A DNA stretch of 64,000 bases from Crocinitomicaceae bacterium (GTDB taxonomy: Bacteria; Bacteroidota; Bacteroidia; Flavobacteriales_D; Crocinitomicaceae): assembly GCA_016708105.1 (NCBI GenBank), contig JADJGJ010000005.1:14432-78431 (forward strand), in the 5' to 3' direction. This document shows positions 46,372 through 55,630 of this stretch, piece by piece. The stretch's first letter is position 1. Every line of letters begins with the position of its first letter. Under the pieces are notes generated by a model, which was not told where the DNA came from, did not search any database, and saw only the letters and a program-made list of their open reading frames with translations. Made by a program: the position numbers and the translations under genes.

Positions 46372-47384
46372 AAGTACTAGTTAACGGAATAGGAAATATA
46401 GGATCAACGCTGCTTGCTTTGCTTGTGAAGTATCAGCTTGATTTTGGTATTTCACAAATCTACGCCAACAAAAACAGCATTCAACCTTGGCATGAACCTG
46501 AGCTGAATTATCTGCGCAGTTTGGGTGTATGTATATCATCTTCTCAAAAAAATAAATCTGATTTTTTATTGCAGGATATTTTACCTGAAATGCATTTTAT
46601 TTTTGATTGCGGAGCCAATGGATCAGGGTTAAAAAATAAAAATAACTACATGCAATTACCGAATTTAAAAGGTGTTGTTGCACAGGGCAGTGAAAAAGGA
46701 TTCGGCGTTTCATTCATGTCAGGTATCGGTAATGATTTATTGTTGAATGAAAAATATATTCATGTAGTTTCATGTAATACACATGGTACTGCTGCAATTT
46801 TAAAAACATTTTGCGGTGGTGAGTTGACTAATCTCAAACAAGGTGATTTTGTTGTAGTAAGACGTTCAGAAGATATCGGAAATCATGAGCGCCTTGTGAG
46901 TGCCAATGTGGTAGCCCGTCATTTGAATTCTAGAATTGGAACCCATCACGCTATTGACGTGGTAGATATGTTTAGTCAGCAAAAAATTCTGTGTCCAATT
47001 ACTTCTTCTGATATTACAACACCAAGTCAGTTATTACATGCTGTGAGATTTCATATTGAGTTTAAACAACCAATATCAGCAGATTATTTAACAAAATGTA
47101 TTTGTGAAAATCCATATCTGGCAACAACAAAAAAATTTGATTCCAACGTGATTTTTGAACAGGGCAGAAGGTATGGTTTCAATGGTCGGATATTTTCACA
47201 CGCTATTCTGGTGGCTGAAAATATGTTGCTGACTGAAAATTCTGTAAAAGGCTGGGCTTTTGTTCCGCAAGAAGGGAATACGATCTTGTCAAGTCTGCAT
47301 GCCATGCTGATTAAATTATTGCCTGAAAAATCTGATGCAATCCTGCATAAACTTCAGCAGGAATTATTGAAGAAAACGTGGTAG
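46368..47384 (+). CDS. Class II (archaeal-type) GAPDH-like NAD(P)-dependent dehydrogenase
   Basis: Rossmann N-terminus [12 protein letters not shown], an active-site-like VVSCNTHGTAAILK, and THHAIDV (compare SCNTT and HHGPDV in class II GAPDH). An ATGA overlap links it to the sugar transferase. Confidence 0.6.
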   Translation: MKVLVNGIGNIGSTLLALLVKYQLDFGISQIYANKNSIQPWHEPELNYLRSLGVCISSSQKNKSDFLLQDILPEMHFIFDCGANGSGLKNKNNYMQLPNLKGVVAQGSEKGFGVSFMSGIGNDLLLNEKYIHVVSCNTHGTAAILKTFCGGELTNLKQGDFVVVRRSEDIGNHERLVSANVVARHLNSRIGTHHAIDVVDMFSQQKILCPITSSDITTPSQLLHAVRFHIEFKQPISADYLTKCICENPYLATTKKFDSNVIFEQGRRYGFNGRIFSHAILVAENMLLTENSVKGWAFVPQEGNTILSSLHAMLIKLLPEKSDAILHKLQQELLKKTW

Positions 47385-47428
47385 TCTTAAAAGTAGGCGC
47401 AGGTCGCGACCTGCGCCTACTTTTAAGA
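47385..47428. repeat. Perfect 44-bp palindrome
   Basis: TCTTAAAAGTAGGCGCAGGTCG|CGACCTGCGCCTACTTTTAAGA begins immediately after the TAG stop at 47382-47384. Partial direct copies of its arm follow, to about 47467. Confidence 0.9.
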
Positions 47429-47540
47429 CCTGCGCCTACTACCACTACTTTTAAGACCTACGCCTAATGCTACCTCTGTCGTTCTCAAACCCGGCATCTT
47501 GAAATTACTGACTTCGGGCTTAATGTCACCTTGACTTCAT

Positions 47541-47548
47541 TATATTTG
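47541..47548 (+). promoter_or_regulatory. -7 type promoter box TATATTTG
   Basis: Lies 26 nt upstream of the kbl ATG at 47575. Confidence 0.45.
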
Positions 47549-47574
47549 TAATACATATCACAATTCAAATCCCT

Positions 47575-48765
47575 ATGTACGGAAAACTTCAAAAGCAATT
47601 ACAAGATGAACTGGCTGCAATAAAAGAGGCAGGATTATATAAAAACGAACGCATCATAATCACCCCGCAAGGTGCGCAGGTTAAGGTAAGTACCGGTGAA
47701 GAGGTGATCATCATGTGTGCAAACAATTATCTTGGTTTATCATCACATCCAACGGTAATTGAAGGAGCAAAAAAAGCGTTAGAGACGCATGGATATGGTA
47801 TGTCATCGGTTCGTTTTATTTGTGGAACACAGGACAATCATAAAGTGCTTGAGAAAAAAATATCTGATTTTCTGGGCATGGAAGACACCATACTTTACGC
47901 TGCAGCCTTTGATGCGAACGGCGGAGTTTTTGAACCCTTGTTCAATGAAGAAGATGCCATTATTTCTGATGAGTTGAATCACGCATCAATTATTGATGGA
48001 GTGCGTTTGTGTAAAGCGCAACGCTATCGTTACAAAAATTCTGACATGGCTGAATTGGAAGCGCATTTGAAAGACGCACAAAAATGCCGCAATCGTATTA
48101 TTGTGACTGACGGAGTTTTCTCGATGGATGGTTATGTTGCAAAACTGAATGAAATTTGTAATCTCGCTGAAAAATATGATGCACTCGTCATGGTGGACGA
48201 CAGCCATGCAACCGGCTTTATTGGAAAAACCGGCAGGGGCACACATGAATATCACAACGTGATGGGGCGGGTTGATATTATCACTTCAACACTTGGTAAA
48301 GCCTTAGGCGGTGCCATGGGTGGTTTTACTTCGGGCAAAAAAGAAATCATTGATATGCTGCGTCAACGTTCACGCCCGTATTTATTTTCTAATTCGCTTT
48401 CACCGGTAATTGTTGGTGCTTCTATCGCAGTGTTTGATATGTTAAGTGCGACCACTGAATTGCGTGATAAATTGGAAGCAAATATCAAACACTTTAAAGC
48501 AGGAATTAAAAAAGCCGGTCTTGAAATTCGCGAAGGTGATTCGGCCATTGTGCCTGTAATGTTATATGATGCCAAGGTAGCGCAAGAATTTGCGAACAGA
48601 TTATTGAAAGAAGGAATTTATGCTATAGGATTTTTCTACCCGGTGGTGCCAAAAGGACTTGCCCGCATTCGGGTACAAATTTCTGCCGCACATTCTTTTG
48701 ATCAACTTGATCGCGCGGTGGCTGCTTTTGAAAAGATTGGCAAAGAGTTGGGAGTGGTGAAGTAA
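47575..48765 (+). CDS. kbl: Glycine C-acetyltransferase (2-amino-3-ketobutyrate CoA ligase)
   Basis: Matches my recollection of E. coli Kbl along its whole length ([86 protein letters not shown]). Confidence 0.9.
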   Translation: MYGKLQKQLQDELAAIKEAGLYKNERIIITPQGAQVKVSTGEEVIIMCANNYLGLSSHPTVIEGAKKALETHGYGMSSVRFICGTQDNHKVLEKKISDFLGMEDTILYAAAFDANGGVFEPLFNEEDAIISDELNHASIIDGVRLCKAQRYRYKNSDMAELEAHLKDAQKCRNRIIVTDGVFSMDGYVAKLNEICNLAEKYDALVMVDDSHATGFIGKTGRGTHEYHNVMGRVDIITSTLGKALGGAMGGFTSGKKEIIDMLRQRSRPYLFSNSLSPVIVGASIAVFDMLSATTELRDKLEANIKHFKAGIKKAGLEIREGDSAIVPVMLYDAKVAQEFANRLLKEGIYAIGFFYPVVPKGLARIRVQISAAHSFDQLDRAVAAFEKIGKELGVVK

Positions 48766-48778
48766 TCATGGTCGTTTT

Positions 48779-49324
48779 ATGAAAGGAATTATTTTTTTCT
48801 CGTTCACACTTGCGTTGTGTGGAAATATTTTTTCGCAGATAGAATTTATAGAATGTAACTATCGTGTATTGGCTAAACCCGTTAGTGACCTTTCTGACTC
48901 TTCCATGATTGTTGGGAATTTTGATCCTGATAGTAATTTGGATACCATCATTGCTGTGAAAAATAAATCTGGACAAACAGGTTTTATGATTTACACACAT
49001 GAGAAATCAACAGTTGTTGCAGCGGGTTCCTTCACGGAAGTTGGAGTTAAATACGGAAAAAAAATAATTGATCCTACAGATATTCAAAGCATTCATTTTG
49101 ACAGTTGGGAATTTGTCTCCAAGTTATCCATTATGGAGGATAAACACAAAAAGGGTACACCCGTGCTGGCAGTTGATGCGGTGCGCGATCATTTCAAGAA
49201 GTTGAAAATAACTCCTGATTCTGATGTGCTGGTGTTGACCTGGGCGTATGAAAATTTATTTTGCTTTTTTTATATCAATGGAATTTTGTTTATGGCAGAG
49301 ATTTACAATCCGGTGATGGAATAA
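48779..49324 (+). CDS. Hypothetical secreted protein
   Basis: Signal peptide MKGIIFFSFTLALCGNIFSQ. No family recognised. Confidence 0.55.
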   Translation: MKGIIFFSFTLALCGNIFSQIEFIECNYRVLAKPVSDLSDSSMIVGNFDPDSNLDTIIAVKNKSGQTGFMIYTHEKSTVVAAGSFTEVGVKYGKKIIDPTDIQSIHFDSWEFVSKLSIMEDKHKKGTPVLAVDAVRDHFKKLKITPDSDVLVLTWAYENLFCFFYINGILFMAEIYNPVME

Positions 49325-50317
49325 ATGATGAAAACTCTTGCTAATAAATTAGCCCGTCTCATTCGACTAATAAGGGTATTATTAATGAGATATGCCATGC
49401 GCATAACGCGCAAATTGGTTTTACCCGGTTTTGAAGGATTGTCTTTGTGGGAGGTGCTTTTTTTCTTTGTGTGGTCATTAAAAAAAGGATTGATCACTCA
49501 GCGTGCAGCAGCACTTTCATACAATTTCTTTCTTGCCATGGTGCCCTTCGGCTTGTTGCTTGTGGTGCTGAGTGCCTATCTTCCTTTTTTTGATATTGAG
49601 CAGGATATCGTTCCTATTCTTGCCGGGTTTATTCCGCAACAATTGGTAGAGAATTTTTTGCAGAGTATGCATGAGTTTGAAAATTCCAGTGTGAGTTCAT
49701 GGTTATCGTTTGGGTTTTTGCTTTCCATCTATTTTGCCAGCAACGGTTTTGTTGTTACCATCAATACCTTTAACGCTACAAAACAAAAAATCTCCCGCAG
49801 GAGAAAATGGTGGCAAGTTCGGTTAATCTCCATGGGTTTTGTTGTTGTTTTTTTAATTGGAATCATGATTAGCTTTTTCATTCTGCTTACTGAAAAGAGA
49901 TTTCTCAATAACCTGGCAGATGCGAGTGCATTTGTGGATTCACATTACTATACAATCTTCATTATTCTCAACACGCTTTTCTTCACCGTAGTTTTATATT
50001 TTGCCATTGCGCTCATTTTTTATTTTGGTCCTGCAGCAAGAGGTACATTTAAGTTTTTTTCAGCAGGCGCTTCACTCACCACCGGAATGATACTTGCAAT
50101 ATCAATTGTCTATGTATATTACGTAAATGAGTTTGCCAAATACAATGAAATTTACGGCTCTATTGGCACCATCATGATTCTGCTTTTGTGGATTTATTTT
50201 GTATCAGTTTCATTGCTATTGGGTTTTGAACTTAATGCCAGCATACACGGGGCGCTTGCAAAGAAAAAACTTGATCAGTTGGAGGATATTAAAACCAGGC
50301 AAGAGCACGCGTACTAA
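49325..50317 (+). CDS. YihY/BrkB-family membrane protein
   Basis: QRAAALSYNFFLAMVPFGLLLV plus six TM helices and a C-terminal ...YGSIGTIMILLLWIYF. Confidence 0.8.
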   Translation: MMKTLANKLARLIRLIRVLLMRYAMRITRKLVLPGFEGLSLWEVLFFFVWSLKKGLITQRAAALSYNFFLAMVPFGLLLVVLSAYLPFFDIEQDIVPILAGFIPQQLVENFLQSMHEFENSSVSSWLSFGFLLSIYFASNGFVVTINTFNATKQKISRRRKWWQVRLISMGFVVVFLIGIMISFFILLTEKRFLNNLADASAFVDSHYYTIFIILNTLFFTVVLYFAIALIFYFGPAARGTFKFFSAGASLTTGMILAISIVYVYYVNEFAKYNEIYGSIGTIMILLLWIYFVSVSLLLGFELNASIHGALAKKKLDQLEDIKTRQEHAY

Positions 50318-50440
50318 TCCTACTTTTTTTTGGTCTTGTAACAATTAGTACAAAATATTATTCAGAAAAAAATTGGTTGAACAATGAGTCAATGGGTTCA
50401 AATTAAATTTGCCTTGAGATTTTTTTCTGCTCTCATTTTT

Positions 50441-50850
50441 CCTCCCCCTTAATCCCCCTCCAGAGGGGGAAAGCCACGGCACAATGGTTTCCGAAAAGTG
50501 TGAACTAGCGCTACTTCCTCTCTCTTGCGGAGAGAGGAAAGAGGAGAGAGGAAAAAGAACGTCATGGTATCTCCTCCCCCTTAATCCCCCTCCAGAGGGG
50601 GAAAGCCACGGCACAATGGTTTCCGAAAAGTGTGAACTAACGTCACTTCCTCTCTCTTGCGGAGAGAGGAAAGAGGAGTGAGGAAAAAAACGCAAGGGTT
50701 TCCGCAAAGTGCGTACTAACGTCACTTCCTCTCTCCTTGGGAGAGAGGAGAGAGGAGAGAAGGAAAGCCACGGCACAAGGGTTTCCGAAAAGTGTGAACT
50801 AGCGCTACTTCCTCTCTCTTGCGGAAAGAGGAGAGAGGAGAGAGGAAAAA
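50441..50850. repeat. Composite intergenic tandem repeat with GC-rich hairpins
   Basis: A 132-bp unit occurs twice (starting 50441 and 50573), followed by two shorter units. The core GGTTTCCG[A/C]AAAGTG[T/C]G[A/T]ACTA.CG..ACTTCCTCTCTC occurs four times (about 50486, 50618, 50697 and 50780). Hairpins are CCCCCTCCAGAGGGGG and CCTCTCTCTTGCGGAGAGAGG. Confidence 0.85.
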
Positions 50851-50855
50851 AGCCC

Positions 50856-50863
50856 TATCTTTG
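50856..50863 (+). promoter_or_regulatory. -7 type promoter box TATCTTTG
   Basis: Lies 25 nt upstream of ATG 50889. The same context, AAAAA.CCCTATCTTT, recurs at 55871-55887. Confidence 0.45.
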
Positions 50864-50888
50864 CCCACCTAACCTAACAATTCTCACA

Positions 50889-51512
50889 ATGAAAAAAATC
50901 ATCCTTCCCGGCATTTTTGCCATGTTGCTTGCCGCTTGTGGTGGTGGACAATCAACTGAAACTACAACTACTGATACTGTTGAAGTATGCACGTATTCTT
51001 ATGATTCATCAAGCACTCTGCTGACTTGGACAGCCTTTAAACTCACTGAAAAAATTGGTGTTAATGGTACGTTTGATCAAATTAATGTTACTGCCAAAGA
51101 CAGTGCTGCTGATATGTTTGCCGTGCTCACCGGGGCAACATTTGAAATTCCGGTTGTTTCACTGAATTCTCAGGATGCAGGACGTGATACGAAAGTGAAA
51201 AACAGTTTTTTCGGCAATCTCGGACCAACGGAAAATATTACCGGATCTGTGATTTCATTGAATGCTGAATCTGCTCAGGTTTCAATTACCATGAATGGTA
51301 CAAGCAAAGAATATACTGGAGTAGTGACTGTAGAAGGTGAAAAAATTACCATGACGACAACTATTGATATTCTGGATTTCAATGGTCAAGTGGCTATTGA
51401 TTCTTTAGGCGTGGTGTGTGAAGATAAACATACCGGACCTGACGGAATTAACAAGTTATGGAGCACGGTGGATATTGCTGTTTCAACAACGTTGCTAAAA
51501 TCTTGCAAATAA
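50889..51512 (+). CDS. YceI-like lipid/polyisoprenoid-binding lipoprotein
   Basis: ATG 50889 gives MKKIILPGIFAMLLAACGG (lipobox). The pattern ..TWTAFKLTEKIGVNGTFDQINVT...FEIPVVSLNSQDAGRDTKV is YceI-like. Confidence 0.7.
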   Translation: MKKIILPGIFAMLLAACGGGQSTETTTTDTVEVCTYSYDSSSTLLTWTAFKLTEKIGVNGTFDQINVTAKDSAADMFAVLTGATFEIPVVSLNSQDAGRDTKVKNSFFGNLGPTENITGSVISLNAESAQVSITMNGTSKEYTGVVTVEGEKITMTTTIDILDFNGQVAIDSLGVVCEDKHTGPDGINKLWSTVDIAVSTTLLKSCK

Positions 51513-51655
51513 TTCACTTTCCTGTTTTTTTAATATTTGAAACAGGCTGAATAGAAAGTTCATGCTTTGAGTACACAATATTTTCAATAGTTTTGGGTTA
51601 TTGTATCGTTTGGAATTCATCTGAACAAGATTTTTATTGAACGGTTAGCTTAAGT

Positions 51656-53956
51656 ATGAGACAATTTCTGATTCTTTTTTTATTCGTGATTTGTCGTTTA
51701 CCTGCAACATCACAAATTGGTATGCTTGACTGGCGTGTTCATTTCTCAATTAGCAGTGCTATTGGTGTTGCACATGATCAAAATGGGGTTTACCTTGCAT
51801 CGGCTAATGGGCTTGTGCATTATCGTACGGATGATAATTCAATTGAACTGATAACATTTGCCAACGGCTTGAGTGATTTGGGTATTTCATGTCTTGAAGG
51901 AAATGGTGAAACAATTTTAATTGGCTATGCTAACGGTAATTTGGATGTCATTCAAGGGAATACCATACGCAATGTTCCTTGGATAAAAATGGCAGATTTG
52001 TCGGGGAATAAAACTGTCTATTCAGCTTCGTTTGCAGATGATTTAATTTATATCAGTACCGGCATTGGTTTGGTTTTGTATGATATAAACAAAAATGAAA
52101 TTCGTGATACGTATTACCCGTTTTCTAACCCGTGCATTTACGCTAGCACAATTCATCATGATACCTTGTATTGCGCAACGGCAGAAGGAATTTATTACGC
52201 TCAAGTAAACGCACCATTCTTAAATAATCAAGACAATTGGACAAAAAAAACTGATTTACCTGCTGCAGTTATCAATGGCCCGTTCACTGAAATAAATTCA
52301 TTTGATGACCATCTTGTTTTTGTCTACAAATCTTCATCTTTTGATCAAGACACACTCTATGATTATTCGGCAGGTAACCTATCTCATTATGGCACTACAG
52401 GCATCACGGTTTCAGATGTAAAAGCGGAAGGTGAAAATTTACTCTTAACCCTGTACAACTCAATTCAGGTTTTGGATACTAACATGAATCAAACTGAGTT
52501 AATCTATCAATACAACGCGGGAGTGCCTTTACCCATGTCGGTAATTCGATTTAATAATTTTTATTGGATTGCAGACCGCAGACATGGTTTGGTGAAACTG
52601 ACAAATAACTGGTCAAATGAGGTCATTTATAATAATGGTCCATATCGTGATGGTTGTTACAGGTTAGATATTCAGTATGGCAAAGTATTAATTGCAGGCG
52701 GTGGACTCACGCATAATTTTGTCAATAATTATTTTAGAAATGGCGTCTATGTTTTTGAAGATGAAGCCTGGTTAAATCTCAATCATGAAACGCAGGACAG
52801 CATCTATTATGACAAAGACTGGGATTTTGTTTCTGTAGCCATTGATCCTTCAAATACTGATATCATGGCTTTTTGTGGCAATGCTGAAGGAGGCGTAAAA
52901 TATATTACTGACGGACAAAATATCTCAGAGGTTTTTAATCAATACAATTCTACGCTTGAAGCAAGTGGTGATAAAATTGCCGTTGGTGATATAAAATTTG
53001 ATGATGACGGAAATTTGTGGATGATATGTACCGGAATTGAACCTTTGAAAGTGCGTATGAAAAACGGTGAGTGGCATTCGTTCTCGTTGGGCTCGGCTGC
53101 AAAAGATAAATATCCGTACAGATTATTTATTGATAGTGATGGAAATAAATGGGTTGCAGTAACAAATGCCGGACTCATCGCATTCAATGAGAATGGTACT
53201 TTTTCTGATCACAGTGATGATGATCTCAGAGTTTTCTCCACATCTGAAGGTTATGGAAATTTGCCATCGCTCATGGTGAAATCTATTGCGCAGGATTTGG
53301 ATGGTGAAATATGGATTGGAACTGAAGAAGGAATGTCTGTCTTGTACAATACAGCAAATATTTATGATGGTGGATATGGGGATTATGATTTTAATCCAAT
53401 ACTCATTGAAGTAGATGGTGAGGTAGAGAAATTATTGGGTGAATCATTCATTTCTGCCATTGCAGTGGATGGAGGAAATCGGAAATGGATTGCAACTAAT
53501 TCCGCAGGTGTATTCTGCCTTTCACCGGATGGCTTAGAAGAAATTTATGTTTTTAATACAGATAATTCTCCACTGGTTTCTAATAATGTGCTGGATATTC
53601 GTATTGATCATTTGAGCGGAGAAGTTTTTTTTGCAACAGATAAAGGATTGGTCTCTTTCAGATCAGATGCCAGTCTTTTTGATGAAGAGTATAGTGACGT
53701 AACCGTTTTTCCTAATCCGGTGCGACCTGATTTTTCAGGCCCTATTACTGTACAGGGTTTAGGGTATGAAGCAGATGTAAAAATTACAGATGTTGCAGGT
53801 AATCTTATCTATCAAACAACTTCAAATGGAGGCACAGTAATTTGGGATGGTAAGACATTAAATGGTGAGCGCGTTCAAACCGGCGTATATTTAGTGTGGA
53901 CTGCCTCACGAGATGGCAAGGGAAAAAATGTTGCAAAAATCCTATTCATCAACTGA
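51656..53956 (+). CDS. Two-component-regulator-propeller protein with a T9SS C-terminal domain (PorZ-like)
   Basis: 766 aa with a signal peptide, double beta-propeller-type repeats (NGLSDLGISCL, DGNKWVAVTNAGL, GGNRKWIATNSAGV) and the C-terminus VFPNPVRPDFSGPITVQGLGYEADVKITDVAGNLIY...WDGKTLNGERVQTGVYLVW. Confidence 0.7.
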   Translation: MRQFLILFLFVICRLPATSQIGMLDWRVHFSISSAIGVAHDQNGVYLASANGLVHYRTDDNSIELITFANGLSDLGISCLEGNGETILIGYANGNLDVIQGNTIRNVPWIKMADLSGNKTVYSASFADDLIYISTGIGLVLYDINKNEIRDTYYPFSNPCIYASTIHHDTLYCATAEGIYYAQVNAPFLNNQDNWTKKTDLPAAVINGPFTEINSFDDHLVFVYKSSSFDQDTLYDYSAGNLSHYGTTGITVSDVKAEGENLLLTLYNSIQVLDTNMNQTELIYQYNAGVPLPMSVIRFNNFYWIADRRHGLVKLTNNWSNEVIYNNGPYRDGCYRLDIQYGKVLIAGGGLTHNFVNNYFRNGVYVFEDEAWLNLNHETQDSIYYDKDWDFVSVAIDPSNTDIMAFCGNAEGGVKYITDGQNISEVFNQYNSTLEASGDKIAVGDIKFDDDGNLWMICTGIEPLKVRMKNGEWHSFSLGSAAKDKYPYRLFIDSDGNKWVAVTNAGLIAFNENGTFSDHSDDDLRVFSTSEGYGNLPSLMVKSIAQDLDGEIWIGTEEGMSVLYNTANIYDGGYGDYDFNPILIEVDGEVEKLLGESFISAIAVDGGNRKWIATNSAGVFCLSPDGLEEIYVFNTDNSPLVSNNVLDIRIDHLSGEVFFATDKGLVSFRSDASLFDEEYSDVTVFPNPVRPDFSGPITVQGLGYEADVKITDVAGNLIYQTTSNGGTVIWDGKTLNGERVQTGVYLVWTASRDGKGKNVAKILFIN

Positions 53957-54672
53957 TGAAATCAGGGAGTGTTGAGGGCATTGTTATTTCGAAAGTCAAC
54001 TATTCAGACACCGGGTTGATCATTCGTCTTTTAACTCAGCATGAAGGGGTGATGAGTTTTATTTTTCCCGGCGGAAGATCAAGAAAAAAAAACGGAAATC
54101 TCATTCAGCCCTTGTCAATTTTAGAAGTCACTTACCAAACCAAGCCCACCCATGATTTGTCTTCTATTCGTGAATTGCATGCTGCGGTTGTTTGGCGTGA
54201 TATCCCTTTTAATCCGTACAAATCAGGCATTTTATTTTTCATGAATGAAGTGCTGGCGCAAACCGTGCGTGAGAATGAAGACAATGAAGGTTTGTATCTT
54301 TTTGTAAAAAATGCGCTGCAAATTTTAGATTTACAAGATGATACCCGACACTTTCCTTCTCTCTTTTTATTAGGATTGTTGCAGTATCTCGGCTTCTATC
54401 CAAAATTGTGTGAGCAGCCCAAATATCTTGATTTGAGAGAAGGTTGTTTTGTACAGAGTACACCCGCTCATCCTTATTTTGCTTCTGAAGAAATTAGTCA
54501 TGGAATTTTACACCTGATGAATGCTAAATTGGATGGAACCAACTCGCCTGAAATATCACTTGCCATGAGAAGAAAAATCATGTATGAATTGCTGAATTAT
54601 TATCGCGCGCATTTTGACCAATTTTCTGAATTACAAAGCTTACCGGTTTTGGAAGCAACTTTTCACGAGTGA
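53956..54672 (+). CDS. recO: DNA repair protein RecO
   Basis: ATG 53956 overlaps the preceding TGA. The sequence begins MKSGSVEGIVISKVNYSDTGLIIRLLT..., with length and pattern typical of RecO. Confidence 0.8.
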   Translation: MKSGSVEGIVISKVNYSDTGLIIRLLTQHEGVMSFIFPGGRSRKKNGNLIQPLSILEVTYQTKPTHDLSSIRELHAAVVWRDIPFNPYKSGILFFMNEVLAQTVRENEDNEGLYLFVKNALQILDLQDDTRHFPSLFLLGLLQYLGFYPKLCEQPKYLDLREGCFVQSTPAHPYFASEEISHGILHLMNAKLDGTNSPEISLAMRRKIMYELLNYYRAHFDQFSELQSLPVLEATFHE

Positions 54673-54700
54673 ATTTCTGAATTTTTTGTAGTTTCGGGCC

Positions 54701-55573
54701 ATGCCCAAAAATAGTTCCGACTCCAATAAATCAGTCTACAAAAAAGCCAAAGAGTTTGTACTGAAGAATTATTTCATTGTATTCATTATTTCAGCATTAA
54801 TATTATGGCCTCTGGTGCCTCATCCGTTTTTGGCTTTGGTTGGTGGTTTTTTTATTTTTCTGGTCACCGGACAAATTATATTTAACGGTAAGCGCGAACG
54901 CCGAGATGAAGCAGGTTTTGTGAACACGAGTCACGTATTTGATGAACATTTAGCCGTGTTTGGTGCGTGGATTATTAAAGCGGATGGCGACATTAATGAA
55001 AAGCAAATAAACTATTTTGAAACCCGGGTACGCAAAGAATATTTCAGAAGAGATGGTGACAGAATCATTGCGCGTATGAAATTTGAATTGCATAATCCGC
55101 ACATGCGTGCAAGACATTTTTATGAAGGGATTAATGATACCTATACCGTTCATGATAAACTAGTTTTACTGCAGATATTAGTAAGCCTTTCAGTAGTTGA
55201 TGGATATTTAGCTATAGCTGAACAGAATATTTTGCAAGAGATTTGTGCAAATATTGAAATTCCACAGCGCACGCTAGATTCAATTCTAAACATGTACCGT
55301 TTCAGATCAGAGTATCATGAACAGCGTCGACAGCAGCAGAAATCAGATAGCGTTTCTGCGGTTGACAAATTGAAGCAAGCATTAAAAATACTTGAACTTG
55401 AAGCGGGTGCAACCGTTGAAGAAATTAAAAAAGCCTACAAACGTCTTGCAAAAATTCATCATCCTGATAAGGTAAGTCACCTAGGTGAAAATGCCCAAAA
55501 AATTGCCGCCGAAAAATTTAAAACCATCGTGGTGGCATACGATTTTATTTGCGAAAAAAAGGGAATAGTTTGA
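54701..55573 (+). CDS. DjlA-like co-chaperone: TM helices, TerB-like domain and a C-terminal J domain
   Basis: C-terminal J domain ILELEAGATVEEIKKAYKRLAKIHHPDK and two N-terminal TM helices. Confidence 0.75.
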   Translation: MPKNSSDSNKSVYKKAKEFVLKNYFIVFIISALILWPLVPHPFLALVGGFFIFLVTGQIIFNGKRERRDEAGFVNTSHVFDEHLAVFGAWIIKADGDINEKQINYFETRVRKEYFRRDGDRIIARMKFELHNPHMRARHFYEGINDTYTVHDKLVLLQILVSLSVVDGYLAIAEQNILQEICANIEIPQRTLDSILNMYRFRSEYHEQRRQQQKSDSVSAVDKLKQALKILELEAGATVEEIKKAYKRLAKIHHPDKVSHLGENAQKIAAEKFKTIVVAYDFICEKKGIV

Positions 55574-55630
55574 TTCGTAATCGATTTCAAATTCAACCAT
55601 TTTATTCGTTATGAACGTAATTCATCATAT

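Noticed and set aside
47575-48765. The alpha-oxoamine synthase as a serine palmitoyltransferase or a sulfonolipid (capnine) synthase.
   Set aside because: The sequence tracks my recollection of E. coli Kbl almost motif for motif along its full length, so the housekeeping glycine C-acetyltransferase assignment is preferred.
50441-50850. Possible CRISPR array.
   Set aside because: The repeat spacing is irregular (132, 79 and 83 bp). The 'spacers' are themselves repeated. There are no cas genes or leader in the window.
50345-50888. ORFs 50345-50776 (-), 50484-50681 (+) and the N-terminal extension of 50709-51512.
   Set aside because: They are read through the intergenic tandem repeat and give repetitive peptides such as PLSSFLSPQERGS and SCGERKEERG. 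The real downstream gene starts at the lipoprotein signal at ATG 50889, behind a TATCTTTG box.
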